A stretch of 64,000 bases of DNA, taken from NCBI GenBank assembly GCA_028534125.1, contig CM052817.1, positions 76,138,001 to 76,202,000 of the forward strand. Direction: 5' to 3'. Under the pieces are notes generated by a model. It worked only from the letters and a program-made list of their open reading frames with translations, had not been told where the DNA came from and searched no databases. Below, in pieces: positions 38,991-51,499 of the stretch (positions are counted from its first letter, which is position 1; each line of letters opens with the position of its first letter). Origin of the DNA: Lama glama. Taxonomy: Eukaryota. The translations under genes were made by a program, and so were the position numbers.

Positions 38991-41134
38991 TATACATATA
39001 AAGAAAAAACTTTCTTTCTAAATTGCTGTTCATACTTTCCTAATGACAGGTACATATTTCCAACTTTTTTTTTAAATGGAGCATTTACCCCTTTTGTATC
39101 TGTAAATCCAAGGCACTGATTAAACAAAATACACAATGAATTGTTACTTTTCCAAAGATGTTTCTCTGCTTTGCATAATGAATTGAACTCTTTTCTTGCA
39201 ATTTTTGGGAGTGAACTTTTAAAGACAATAAATGAAAATAACACACAGAGACAGAGAAGTGTTGATGTGCAGATAATAATAATAATAATCTGCACAGGCT
39301 TTAAGGCAATAATGGCTGATAAGCTCCTAGAGGTTGCACATGATATAGTTCATCTCAGGCAGGCAAAAATAACAGAATGTATATATATTAGATTCTGGTA
39401 AGTAAATGCAATAAATCACAAATATATGACAGCCAGAATCTCCTCCCATTTTCTCCCAGGAGTGTGAAGGGAGAGGGATAATGTTACATTTTGTAAGGAG
39501 TCTGACACAGCTGACAGCTGCATTATCTCAGCCACCCTTCCATACCTGCAGAATGGTGTATTGGTTCTAACTTCTCTGTGCATTTACTGACTTTCTATTG
39601 TGAGGTAGGCAAGTGACTTGAGTTTAGTAAGTGCCCAGTTTCAGATGCCTCTGGCTCCTAGGTACACATTATTAAGTGACATGAGTTGCCGTGTAATGAA
39701 GAAAATGGTCACTTTTGAAAAGTACCACTGACAGAATGCTGTTTAATGGGATGGAGCTGACAAGGCATTTGGAAAGAATTGTTCATAAATACTTAAATAG
39801 ACTCTTAGCACAATAATTAAGATTGAATTACATTAATGTGACTAATTTAGTTTGTGGGGTTTTTTTTTTTTTTGCAATTACAAAAAAATCTATTTACTGA
39901 ACAAAACAGCTTTGGCTTTGCCAGCTTTATTTATTTATTTATTTTTTGCAGCCTGGTCAATTTAATTTAGCATCTTGTGTCTAGCCATGCATTTGTAAAT
40001 GCTGCTAATTCATCAATAGAAGGTGAATTAAATCTACATACAAAATAAGTTAAAGTCGAAGTGTCTGATTACAGACATCAAGTTATTAGTAATTCTTTGT
40101 ATCACTTTGTTCTCTGATGGGTGTGTAGGCTCCTTCTTCACTACATCAACACATTGACAGTTGGAAAGAAACTGAGGAGAAATGAATGGCAGATAAGCAC
40201 AAGAACTGAAATGAAGAGTAACAATGTATGACAAGAGATATTGAAGCGGTAGTCAGATGACTGCTGCATGGTTGAAATACAGGCTTATAAAGTGTCTGGT
40301 TACAATCACAGGTGCAGAGCTATGCTGTTATTCAACAACTGCATTTGGTTTTGCTTTTCCTGTTTCAATTTGTCATCCTGTTTAAGAGAATGTAGTTTAG
40401 ACTAATATGTGACTTCTCTGACTTGACATTCGGATGAAATAGGAATGAATCCTCAACTGCTAAAGTTTTCTTGAGTCTTTGATAATTGGCTGATAGAACT
40501 GGAAAACACTACACAATAATCAAGTCCAGAGCAACCTCAGTGCATGTGGTTTTGTCTTTGTGGAAGGCATGGCAGCTAGCCTGTTGTCACCTTTTTTGTT
40601 ACAATGAGACATAGATGCATTAATAAGCAGCAGTTATATTATGCTTTTTAAAACTTACCAGTGAATCTGGTGTATATTTCTACATATTTAATTGCAGAGC
40701 TGAGGTTTATAAATATGCATTATATATATACAAAGCATCTTAATTATTCATTTTAAGTAGAGCATTCCAGGTTGGAAATTAAGCTGATTTTTGGAAGTCT
40801 ATTTTCTCAGCTTTAACTGGATTTACGGAAAACTTTTAGTGCTTTGGAAAGTGTGCGAAAACAGTTTTTATTGCTTCAGTCAATAATACTTTCATCTGAA
40901 AAATGTGCCTGCCCTTCCTTCTTTTCAGTTTTTATTGAATGATAGTTTTTCTGATTGTGTATGTCTGGTATGATTTTAAAATAATTCATTATATTGGCAA
41001 TTGTGTTTAGCCACTAAAAATTTAACAAACATGTAAAGAGAATTCAGCATCGCAAAATAATATTCAAATGTTATTTCCTTTTACTCACTAATCTTATTCT
41101 TATTTGCTCTTTGGTAACTATCATAGTAATACTA

Positions 41135-41490
41135 ATGAAACCTAATGACATTTTTACTCTGGGCCAGTTGCAATACTATGCTTTTTATTTATCTATTTCA
41201 TTTTTGAAATAAGCAGATTAGGGAGGCACTACTGCCCACATTTTACACAAGAAGAAACTGATGCCCGAATTCAGGCTCACAAACTTAAGAATAGGACATT
41301 GATTCAAATCCCTGCCCTTTCATTTACTAACCATGTTATCTTGAGTAAGCTATTAACTCTTGTAAAATTCAGGAGTATTGATTTTAAAACAGAAAAAAAT
41401 TATGCTTACATTATATGATTATCAGGATGTTGAAATGAAGTCTGTGACTGGCACAAAATGAGCATTTAATAAAGAGTAGCTACTATTATA
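41135..41490. mobile_element. MIR fragments (- then +)
   Basis: cccacattttacacaagaagaaactga; ttcaaatccctgccc...tcttgagtaagctattaactct. Confidence 0.55.
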
Positions 41491-41776
41491 GGGCCTAACA
41501 GCCCTACCAAAGATTTTGTGCCCACTTACTCCCATCTCTTCCAGAAGTTCTCCATCATTTATGTATCCTTCCATTCCTCTCATCAATTTCTTCTTATCCA
41601 CTAAAATCTAACCTTCAAACTACATGTCCTCATTTCATCTATCTTAATGGAAGAAAACAAAACCAGGCAAATAAAAATAGCTAGACATTTAAAACAAGTA
41701 ATTAGTAACTCTCCCCCCCAAAAAAACAAAAACTTTGCCACATACTGCAGATTATCACTGTGCCCTTTGTTATCTG

Positions 41777-42276
41777 NNNNNNNNNNNNNNNNNNNNNNNN
41801 NNNNNNNNNNNNNNNNNNNNNNNNNNNNNNNNNNNNNNNNNNNNNNNNNNNNNNNNNNNNNNNNNNNNNNNNNNNNNNNNNNNNNNNNNNNNNNNNNNNN
41901 NNNNNNNNNNNNNNNNNNNNNNNNNNNNNNNNNNNNNNNNNNNNNNNNNNNNNNNNNNNNNNNNNNNNNNNNNNNNNNNNNNNNNNNNNNNNNNNNNNNN
42001 NNNNNNNNNNNNNNNNNNNNNNNNNNNNNNNNNNNNNNNNNNNNNNNNNNNNNNNNNNNNNNNNNNNNNNNNNNNNNNNNNNNNNNNNNNNNNNNNNNNN
42101 NNNNNNNNNNNNNNNNNNNNNNNNNNNNNNNNNNNNNNNNNNNNNNNNNNNNNNNNNNNNNNNNNNNNNNNNNNNNNNNNNNNNNNNNNNNNNNNNNNNN
42201 NNNNNNNNNNNNNNNNNNNNNNNNNNNNNNNNNNNNNNNNNNNNNNNNNNNNNNNNNNNNNNNNNNNNNNNNNNNN
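41777..42276. other. Assembly gap (500 N)
   Basis: Run of N. Confidence 1.
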
Positions 42277-42322
42277 AACATTGTAAAATGATTATAAATC
42301 AATAAAAAATGTAAAAATAAAA
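42277..42322 (+). mobile_element. Extreme 3' tail of an L1 whose body lies in the gap
   Basis: aacattgtaaaatgattataaatcaataaaaaatgtaaaaa parallels aacattgtaaactgactatacttcaataaaaaa of the other copies. Confidence 0.65.
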
Positions 42323-42975
42323 CAAACACATAATTTATACTGACTGTTTGGTTATATCACCTGAAAAAAAGACAATAAACAAGATTACATTTTGAATGAA
42401 AAAAAATTTAAAAAAAAATAACTGCAATGTGGTTTTAATGGAAGTAAGATTATGTTTTTAAATTAAGTAATTAAAAGTTTTTAATAACCAAAACAAAAAA
42501 GGAGACAGAACAGGAAGAGGAGGAGGGGGAGGAGGACAAGGATGAGTTAGAAGGAAAAAAGGAATGAAGAAAGGAAGGAAAAGAAAATGACAGCAAACAC
42601 TTTATCCCAACATTTGAGTTCTGAGCCCCAAAAGGGCTCTTGCAAAATAACTTTTTATTATGACATTTATTTCTTTATTGCCAAGTAATGTACTAATCCT
42701 GCTGCTTCTTAATTGTATTTTTTAATTTGATAAATCACCTGTATATTTTACATATGGAAGATGAAAATTAACTTAGTCTCCCCAACCCCCAGCGCTTATC
42801 GGCCAGCAAGTTCCCCTTTACTTCGTCCTAACAGTATATCCAAAGAACTCTGAAACTCTTCTCCCCACAGTTAAACACATCAAGGAACTTTTCTATTTTA
42901 TTTCCTTCTGAAGCTGCTCCCATCTGTTCCATGTGATCTCTCTCCAGCCACAGCCATAGTCCTACGGTGTCCTTT

Positions 42976-43586
42976 CCTTAGAGAGGGCAGATAGCTAGAC
43001 AGGAGCAGAGAAAGGGAGACACAGGCCAAATGGCAGGAAACCATAAATCATGTAAGCACCACAGGTCCCTGGGCAGAGAAAAAAGCAGGAGCTATCTGGG
43101 CTGATAAATGGTCACACATTTTCGTGTGAGAAGTCCCATTTTGGGGTGACAAGCGGCCTGGAGGCTGACAAAGACAGGTGGGAAAAGGCAGGAATCTCCA
43201 GTGTCCAAATGTAACCTTTTGCTCATTATGCCCTCATTTCAATAAAATTAGCCGTGCTGATTAGAAGTACCTATAAAATGCCATGACACTTCCTGATCCA
43301 GACTAAATAAGGACAAAAATCCCTCCTCCCTTTGGGAAGGTGGAGTTAGGGTGAAAATCAGGGAATAACCCCAAGCCCTTCCCTCCCCAATGAATATTCC
43401 ACCCATTCATTTTTACTCTATGTAACCAACTTGCCAAAGAAACTCAGGGCAGCTGCTCACCTGCCCGCTCTCCCCTTGAGAGAGTCCAATCTAGCCCTTA
43501 ATAAATCCCCATTTTACTGTCTTAATCTTTGCATCCTGTCTCTGAATTCCTTCTGCAAGAGGTCAAGAACCTAGTCACCAGCAACA
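42976..43586 (+). mobile_element. ERV-type solo LTR (copy A)
   Basis: About 610 bp; AATAAA at ~43500; ends ...ccagcaaca; collinear with 52877-53476. Confidence 0.85.
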
Positions 43587-43689
43587 ATTTCTCTGCTGTC
43601 CATCTTCTGTCCTTGCGTTCTCTCTGCGGCTAATCCCAAATTCCTGGATCCTGCATCTTCTGCTTTCTCAGTCTACTCTCTTTTAGAGT

Positions 43690-44280
43690 CTGCTCATCTC
43701 ACAATAGTTCCCTGGGAAGGGATGCATGCGAAATGTTTCTCTAAGTACTTACATGTCTGAAAATAGCTTGATATTGGCCTCAACTCTAATTGATATTGGG
43801 GTGTGGAGATTTGGATTGTAAATCGATTTGTCTCATTCTTCTGAAGACTTGCACCACTTTACTTGGACTCTCAGGATTACTATTAAGCAGTCTGATGGTA
43901 TTTTAATTTATACTGCATTGTATATGATTGGCTTATTTTTTCCCATTAAGATTTTTTTTTATGTATCTATATTCTGAATTACTGGATGATAACTCCTGGG
44001 AAGATCATTTTTCCAATTGTGATGATGGGCAATTATTGTGATCTTTTAATATGGAATTAAATGTTCTTTATTAGATTCCTTTAAGTATCTAATTGATTAT
44101 TTCCTCCCACTTTTTGTTGGTTCAATCTTCCATCCCTGTTAGCAGTATATTGGACATTTTATATAATATTTTATTCCACTTTTTCATTTTCTATCCTTGT
44201 TTTTTTTTACGACTTCCTGCAAGATTTCTTTAACATTATCATATTATAAGATTTTATCAACTATGTATTGACCTTTGGCT
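43690..44280 (-). mobile_element. Very old L1 fragment (L1ME-like)
   Basis: ttacatgtctgaaaatag; tattaagcagtctgatg; T-rich, degenerate. Confidence 0.5.
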
Positions 44281-44319
44281 GTTGAATGATAATCAAGTGT
44301 CAAAAAAGCTTACTGATGA

Positions 44320-44690
44320 AAATAAAAGGGACTCAAGTATTGATACACAGTACAACATGGATGAATCTTGAAAACATTATGCTAAGTAAAAGAAGCCAGT
44401 CAAAAGAGACTATACATTGACTAATTCAATCTGAAATGTTAAGAATAAGCAAATCTATAGAGACAGAAATTTGTAGTTGCCTAGGCCTTAAGCTGTCCAA
44501 GAGAAATGAGGTGTGACTGCTAATGGAAACAGGATTTCTTTTTAGAGTAAAGGAATGTTCAAAATTGATTGTGGTGACAGATGTAAAAATGTGAATATAC
44601 TAAAAAGCATGGAATTTTACACTTGAAGCAGGCAAATTGTTTGATATGTGAATCATATCTCAATAAAGCTGTTACATATTTTTAAAAAGC
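44320..44690 (+). mobile_element. L1MB-like 3' UTR (copy 1)
   Basis: caacatggatgaatcttgaaaacattatgctaagtaaaagaagccag...tgtgaatcatatctcaataaagctgtt. Confidence 0.85.
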
Positions 44691-45020
44691 TTATGAACCT
44701 TGAAAACATTAAACCATTTTGACGAAGCTAGGCACAAAGGCCACATAATATATGATTCCATTTATACAAAATGTCCAGAATAGGCAAATCTAGAGAGACA
44801 GAAAGTAGATCAATGGTTGCCCAGGGTTGCTGGAATTGAGGGGAAAGGGGGAGTCAAAGCTAACAAGTATAGTTTCCTTTGGGGTAAAGGAAGTATTCTA
44901 AAAGCTGATTGTGGTGATGGTTTCAGAACTCTGTGGTTACACTAAAAATCATGAGTTGTACACTGTAAACGGATGAATTTTATGGTATGTAAATTATATC
45001 TCAACAAAGCAGTTAAAACA
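44691..45020 (+). mobile_element. L1MB-like 3' UTR (copy 2)
   Basis: atgaaccttgaaaacatt...aatgtccagaataggcaaatctagagagacagaaagtagat...tgtaaattatatctcaacaaagcagtt. Confidence 0.85.
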
Positions 45021-45767
45021 CAGTAAAACAGCCCATTGACATTCTGTGTGTGCTTGTGTATGAAGGCGGCTTACTGAATGATAGCTTGTTACTCTATAGT
45101 GAAGTTCTGTTTGGATCTCCAGCCATCCATGTCTCTAGGCTTGGTTTTGTTTTGTTTTTTTCTCCTTCAGGCTGGTCAGTTTCTTCAGAGATAAATTTTC
45201 TGATCTCTTGGTTTGGGGTTAAAATCTGAGGGCCCACACAACCGTAGCTGGTTAGAGAACCAGGATCAGACTCGTAGGTTAATTTTTAGAATTTCACTTA
45301 ATTCCTTGGTCTCAGGACAGTTTTTCACCCTCACCCTTGGGGATCCTTGGCATTCCTGAATCTTGGGTTGTTCTCACTCAGTTTTTCCCAAAAGATAAAC
45401 CATTCATCTCTTGCCTAGTCATGAAGACATACACACCTGTCTGTCTGAGGTGAGGGGAGGTGAGGACGAATCTGGGCATTTAAACTCCTCCTTAACACAA
45501 ACTGTTCATTAGGTTTGAATGAACCCTCACCCTGCCCACAGTGCCTCCACTTCAGGAATTTTTCATAGGTTCGTTCTGCAGCACAGACAGCTTGTTTCCA
45601 TCTTGCCATCCTCCTCTACAGGTACTTGGTTTTCAGCTTTCTCTGTGTTCTAAGTCAGTTACTGCTTAACCATCTACTTCCCACATCTCAAAGTATGTTG
45701 ACTCCTCACCTCTCCACTGCTGGTCATCCCCTCTCTAGTTTTCTCCACCTCTCTCTGTCTCTATCTC

Positions 45768-45892
45768 TAGATAGATTATAGATAGGTAGGTTAGATAGGT
45801 AGATAATTGATTGATTGATTGATAGATAATAAATAGATGGATGAATAGATTGAGAGAAAATAGATGGATTGATGGATAGATTGATTGATAGT
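45768..45892. repeat. Degenerate tetranucleotide repeat (GATA/GATT/GATG/GGTA)
   Basis: Direct reading. Confidence 0.85.
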
Positions 45893-46149
45893 TAATTTCA
45901 GGCTCTAGGAAGAATAGTAAGACAACCATGTGTTCAAGTCTCAATTTTTTACCTTCCCCCTTAGTGAAATCTCCCTTTCACCTTGACTCTCCCACACAGT
46001 TCTCATCAATGACCAAACCTAATAATCAGCCCTATTTTTTCCCCTGATTGAATTCTAGGTGCTAAGTTTTTTTTTTTACAGAGACTTAAAAAATTGCCCA
46101 TAAGATTTTGCTATAATTCTACTATTTAAGTTTTCCTCCAACTTCCATG

Positions 46150-46191
<42 letters not shown>
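46150..46191. repeat. (ATT)14 microsatellite
   Basis: Perfect run. Confidence 0.95.
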
Positions 46192-46192
<1 letters not shown>

Positions 46193-47639
46193 GCCTGAAT
46201 TCACTGCTCCATTTTTGTCTCTGACTGCTCCTTAACTGTTTGTTAACAAACTAAGAATGGGGAGACTCGGACATTCCTTTTGGCCTTGTGTTACTGTAAT
46301 ATGTTTTTTTCTGTAAAACTCCAGGAGGATTTGGCGTTGCTCCTTCTCCATCGGGGCTGAATGTTCTCAGGGAAGAGAGTTATACTTAGCAGGAATCATT
46401 GCCTAGGCTTCATCAGATCAAATATAAAGGGAACCTGCATGATAATTGTTTCTGATTCTCTTGTTCCTTTGATTCCAAGAAACTCTCTAACATGTAGTGT
46501 TGACAGAGAGAAAATTGACTATTTCAGCAAGATCTAAACTTGGCACTGAAAAAAAAAAGACAAAATGGGTGCTTTCTAATTTTATTTCATGAGATATAAT
46601 TCCAAAATGTTTGAGCTAGCAAGGGGAAATGCAGGTTATTAAAATATCACAAGAATGACAATATAATTGGAAATCTGCTTTGGAGATTAATGAAGAATTT
46701 TGATATCTAGCGAACTTTAAAATTCTCTAATACGTCATAGAAGAAACTTTTTAAGCTATTTGCTTTAAAATGTATTTTTGAATGCTTTTATTTTCAGAAA
46801 ACTGAGAGAATGGGTAGAAAGGGGACATAAAACAAACGTAAATTCATTTTGAATATCAAACGTATCAAGCATATGAATCAAGATTACTTTGAAGGTGGGT
46901 TGAATTTTTTTTTATCATTTTGGATGCAAAATTAAAATGTCAAGTGTAATAATGTATGGTTGTTGATAGATGATATGAAATATACTTAAATGTTAACATT
47001 CCTAACTATATATGTCAAATTCCTAAGTCATAACCAAACTAAATAGTACCTGCAAGAAAATGAATTATTTTGCAATAAATGAATGGAGCCTAAAAACTCA
47101 AGAGGGTGGTAGTAGTGTCTGAATATTTTTACCTTTAGATTATCAATTTATATCACAAGTGCCAGTGTTGAAACTCAATATTTTCTAATATTGATCTCTG
47201 ACTTATAATCTTTCTGAAATAATTTGAAAGATAAGGAAATCACCTGTCCCAAATATCTGTCCCTTTACATTGAAGTCAGAACTGCAGAACATACAAATTT
47301 TGTCATGGGAAATGTGTAAAGATCATGTCAGGCTGTTCCTTTGGTGGACAAATTGAGAATTTTTTTGCATAGCATTGTTATTAAGCAGCAAACTAACAAT
47401 TAAAAAGATACAGCATAGTGTAAAACATACTGTATCTTTTCTGTTCTTTTACCTTTAAGTTAATGAAAAACTCTGACTAAGCTATAGTCATTTAAATAAC
47501 AATGTAATGCTTCTGAGTGTATCAAATCTTAAAATTTGAATTAAAAATCTTAATTCAGATTTTCTATGACACTTGAGTGTACTAATTAATATGTAGGTAT
47601 ATTTCAGTATAAGGCAAACACGTCTATAAAATATAGAAC

Positions 47640-48680
47640 TTCATATGGTCAGACTTTTTAATTTTGCTCTTTTCTAAGGAGTGTATGGAGATTTCTGTTT
47701 TGGTTATAATGAGCATTTCCCTGTTGGTTAATGCTGTTGGAAGTCTTTATGTGCACACTGGTTATTCATATAATATGTTCACATTGTCTTTGAAGTTTCT
47801 GTTTAAATTATTTGACCACATTTTTTATTGAATTATTTTTCTCCTTATTACTGATTTACGAAAGTTCTTATTTATTTGAATGCAAATTTTTTGTCAAATA
47901 AATGTACTGTATCTGATCTTAGTCTTTGCCTGATCTTTGCATAGTTGTGTTTATACATTTTTTTTATTGTTGATGAGTCTTTGAAGAGCAGAAGTCTTTT
48001 TAATTATACTTATTTTATTATTTTTTTCTGCTATGGTTCATTTTTTTTGTGTCCTATCTATAAAATGTTTGCAGATACAAAGATTTTCTCCTATGATCTC
48101 TTTTCAGAGATTTTAGGATTTAGCATTATTTTTGAAGATGTTTTCAGAGAACAGTCTGCCTTATCAGTTCTTTACTTTCAGTGCTTTCAAGATATCTTTT
48201 CATTGTTTTCTGGCTTTATGTTAATGAATTATGTTAATTTTATTATTGTTCCTTTGAGTATAATATGACTTTTTCTATGACTTATTTTGGAATTTCTCCC
48301 ATATTTTAATTTTAGCAGTTTTTTTTATGATTTTGAAGTCATCCTTGGTATTTCTATTTTAGATTTGGTCTGGTTATTTTCTATTGACCTATCTTCTAAT
48401 ACATTAATTTTTTTTCTATTTAATCAGTTCTTACAGTCATTCCTTGAATTGCTAATTTTAATTATTTTGTATCTCATCTCTGAAATTTCAGTTTAATATT
48501 TTATAATGTATACTTTTCTTCTTAAATTTTTATAATCATTGGCCTATAAATTATAGTTATTATAAATTCTATGTTTAATAACTATAATTCCCCGGATCTC
48601 CAGAGTCTAGTTCTATTTTGTTTCTTTCTCTCTTTTCAGTCATTTGTTCTTTTCAACTGATGTTCCACTTAATTTTTCAT
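47640..48680 (-). mobile_element. Old antisense L1 fragments
   Basis: gagtctttgaagagcagaagtcttttaatt; tttctattgacctatcttcta; T-rich. Confidence 0.55.
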
Positions 48681-48683
48681 TGC

Positions 48684-48925
48684 ATTTTTTTGTTTGTTTA
48701 TTGAAGTATAGTCAGTTACAGTATGGCAATTTCTGATGAATAGCACAATGTCCCAGTCATGCAGATACATACATATATTCATTTTCATATACTTTTTCAT
48801 TAAAGGTTATTACAAGATATTGACTATAGTTCCCTGTGCTATATAGAAGAATTTTAGTCTTTTTTTATATATAGTGCCTAACGTTTGCAAATCTCAAACT
48901 CTCCGATTTATCCATTCCCACCCTC
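48684..48925 (-). mobile_element. Lineage-type L1 3' end, antisense
   Basis: ttattgaagtatagtcagtta...aaaggttattacaagatattg...ttccctgtgctata...tttgcaaatctcaaactc is the reverse complement of the + copies. Confidence 0.9.
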
Positions 48926-49139
48926 CTGAACATGATCTATGAGGAGTGTTACTGACATTTTGAGGCTCCTATTGATCCCTCCAGAGAGGATTTAGTTTTG
49001 CTCATCACAGCTCAATAGATTTGAGGAAGAGCGATCTAATTCAACGAGGGTTCGACTAATTAGAAGCTTCCCTGCCTCACTTTCCTGCTCGCATGGAGAT
49101 CTTTGGGTGTTGATTCATCTACTTGATTTTTTTTTTTGC

Positions 49140-49810
49140 CCAATAGATAAGTTCCTTTATTCTTCAAATCTCAACTTTAATGTGAAGCTTTCTTTGTCTC
49201 CCAGATGGATTTTAGAGACTATTCACCTTATTTTCTACTGAACTGACTTCCTCTCTGTATTTCTGCAAATATAATATGATATTATGGTAGTTTATTTGCA
49301 TAAGTATCTTCTTCCTGGATTCTAAATTCCTTTAGGAGAGAACTGTGTCTTTTCATTTTTTATGTCTAAAGCATTTAGCAAGCTTTTTGTAATATCATAA
49401 GTACTTTAAAATATTATATGGACATATACATCTATTATTTATTACAATGAATTTTTTGAGCAGTTATATGGTGCTATGTATAAATTCCTGGGGACAGATA
49501 GATGAATAAGATCTATTTTAAACCTTCCAGTATTTCATATTGTATTGTGTCTATAATACATCATGACTATAACAGTGTGTTGAATATTTATATAAAGTAC
49601 TTTGGAATCAGAAAGTGGAAAATGTTGAATTTACTTGAGGGTAAGGAGGCAATGTTATCAGGAATTATTTCCCAGAGGAGGGATTATTTGAACTAAAGGA
49701 TAAATATAATAGCCATTTGATAGATGGGGGTAGAAATTTCTAAGGAAGGGAATAGCTCATGCAAAAGTATAAAAATGTGAAAAAGCATTGGTATTTTGGA
49801 AATGACTCGA
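49140..49810. mobile_element. LINE-2 fragments (+ then -)
   Basis: ttcttcaaatctcaact; gagagaactgtgtctttt; ctaaggaagggaatagctcatgcaaaag. Confidence 0.5.
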
Positions 49811-49816
49811 TGGCTA

Positions 49817-50100
49817 GACAGATATAGAAAGTAAGCATACGGTTACGGAGGGAAAGGGCTGGGAAGGGATAAGTTGGGAGTTTGGGATTTGCAAGTACTA
49901 ACTACTACAATATAATAATAGATAAACAGCAAATTTCTACTGTATAGCACAGGGAATTATATTCAATATCTTTCAATAACCTATAATGAAAAAGAACATG
50001 AAAAGAAATATATGTATATACATGTATGACTAAAACATTATGCTGTACACCAGAAATTGACACACTATAAAATTACTATATTTCAATTAAAAAATTAAAG
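49817..50100 (+). mobile_element. Lineage-type L1 3' end
   Basis: acagatatagaaag...gggaagggataagttgggagtttgggattt...tgctgtacaccagaaattgacac...caattaaaaaa. Confidence 0.9.
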
Positions 50101-50247
50101 TTTAAAACTAGGCAGGGGCTAGATCACTGCAACATTTTATGTCATGATAAGGAATTTCATCTTAATCTTTTTGCTTAGTCTTTTGAGTATTTCACTTTTG
50201 CTCATTGAGGGACATCTTCACAATTGACATTTTGGCTGACACTATGT

Positions 50248-50385
50248 TATTCATTCATTCATGTAATCTATCATTATCTAACACCTACTGTATGTAGTCA
50301 GTCACTACTCTAGTTCTTGGAGATTAAGCAGTGAAAAACAATCAACAAAATTTCCTTCTATCATGAAGTTTATCTTTTGGTGGAA
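50248..50385 (-). mobile_element. LINE-2 3' terminus
   Basis: tattcattcattca...cacctactgtatgt...gcagtgaaaaaca. Confidence 0.55.
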
Positions 50386-51499
50386 TAACAGGAGGTGGTT
50401 TGTTAAGGACTGGCATCTTGAGGATGGGAGCTATTGGGCCTGTATATTAATTCTAGTCATGTCACACTAGGTAAAACTGATGGGCATGATCATATAACAG
50501 CTTCTGCTCTAGTTGGTATTCCCTTATCTCTTAATTTTATAAATTTCAACAAATGCTTTCTTCTTTGCCTCAGGAAATTAAAGGATGGTTCTCAAGACTA
50601 AACGGCCATAATTTCTATACCTAATTAACTGTAGACCTATTGGCAGTATAGAATCAGGTCTCCTGGTACTAGACTGAGATTTAGCACACTTTTTCTGCCC
50701 CACGGTAAATTTCAGCAAGCCTCTAACCATGTTCAGTGCCAAATTCTGACAAGTCAGTTTAAAAGAAATGACACTAGATTGCTAGCATATAAAAGAAAAT
50801 TAAATCTCGCACAGAGAAAGGTGCTGATATCATTTAAGCTGACAGCTGTACATGGGCCAACCACTCTCATGAAGAGTGATTTTTTTTAACTTTTATTTTT
50901 ACCACATACCACTTAAATTTCTTCTGGCCCAAACGCAAAGTTATGCATAGCAGCTACCAGTTGTCTGTTTTGACAGTCTTAGTCTGTAAGAGGTAAGGAT
51001 GAGATAAGAAGACAAAACAAAATCCTAGCAGTTAATAGACTCCTTGGCTTAAGCAATTTAGTACTACTAAAGTGACATCATTTCACAGGAAATTCGAATG
51101 TAATGGCAGCGAGCATATGCCACTTTTTAGGTCTTCAATAAAATAATCATTTGACTAGATGAAGTCAATCCAGCTGAGTCTTTACTTTTCTGCTCTCTTT
51201 GAATGAAATTTAAATCTCACTTTTCACAGACTCTAACAGCTTGTTACATGGTAACAAGACTTCTGATTTTAATTTTGCATCTGCAAACAGATACCAATAA
51301 GGGTTCTTGGAAACTACTTGCTACCTGAAGCTACTCAATTACTGTACTGTAGCGAGATGATGAGTATTTCCTGCAAGAAAGTGACCAGAATGAAAAAGTT
51401 GCTCCTTTACAGTCAACTTAATTTAGTCAGATTATGCTCAGTTTAAATACCAGTTCTTTTCTTCCCCAGGAGTACAAATTAGTATTAAAAATAGATTCT

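Noticed and set aside
41601..42329. Long ORFs of 181-242 aa
   Set aside because: They consist almost entirely of X from the N gap.
46430..46570. Minus-strand exon after a strong acceptor (tttgtctttttttttcag)
   Set aside because: All three frames hit stops quickly and no good donor follows.
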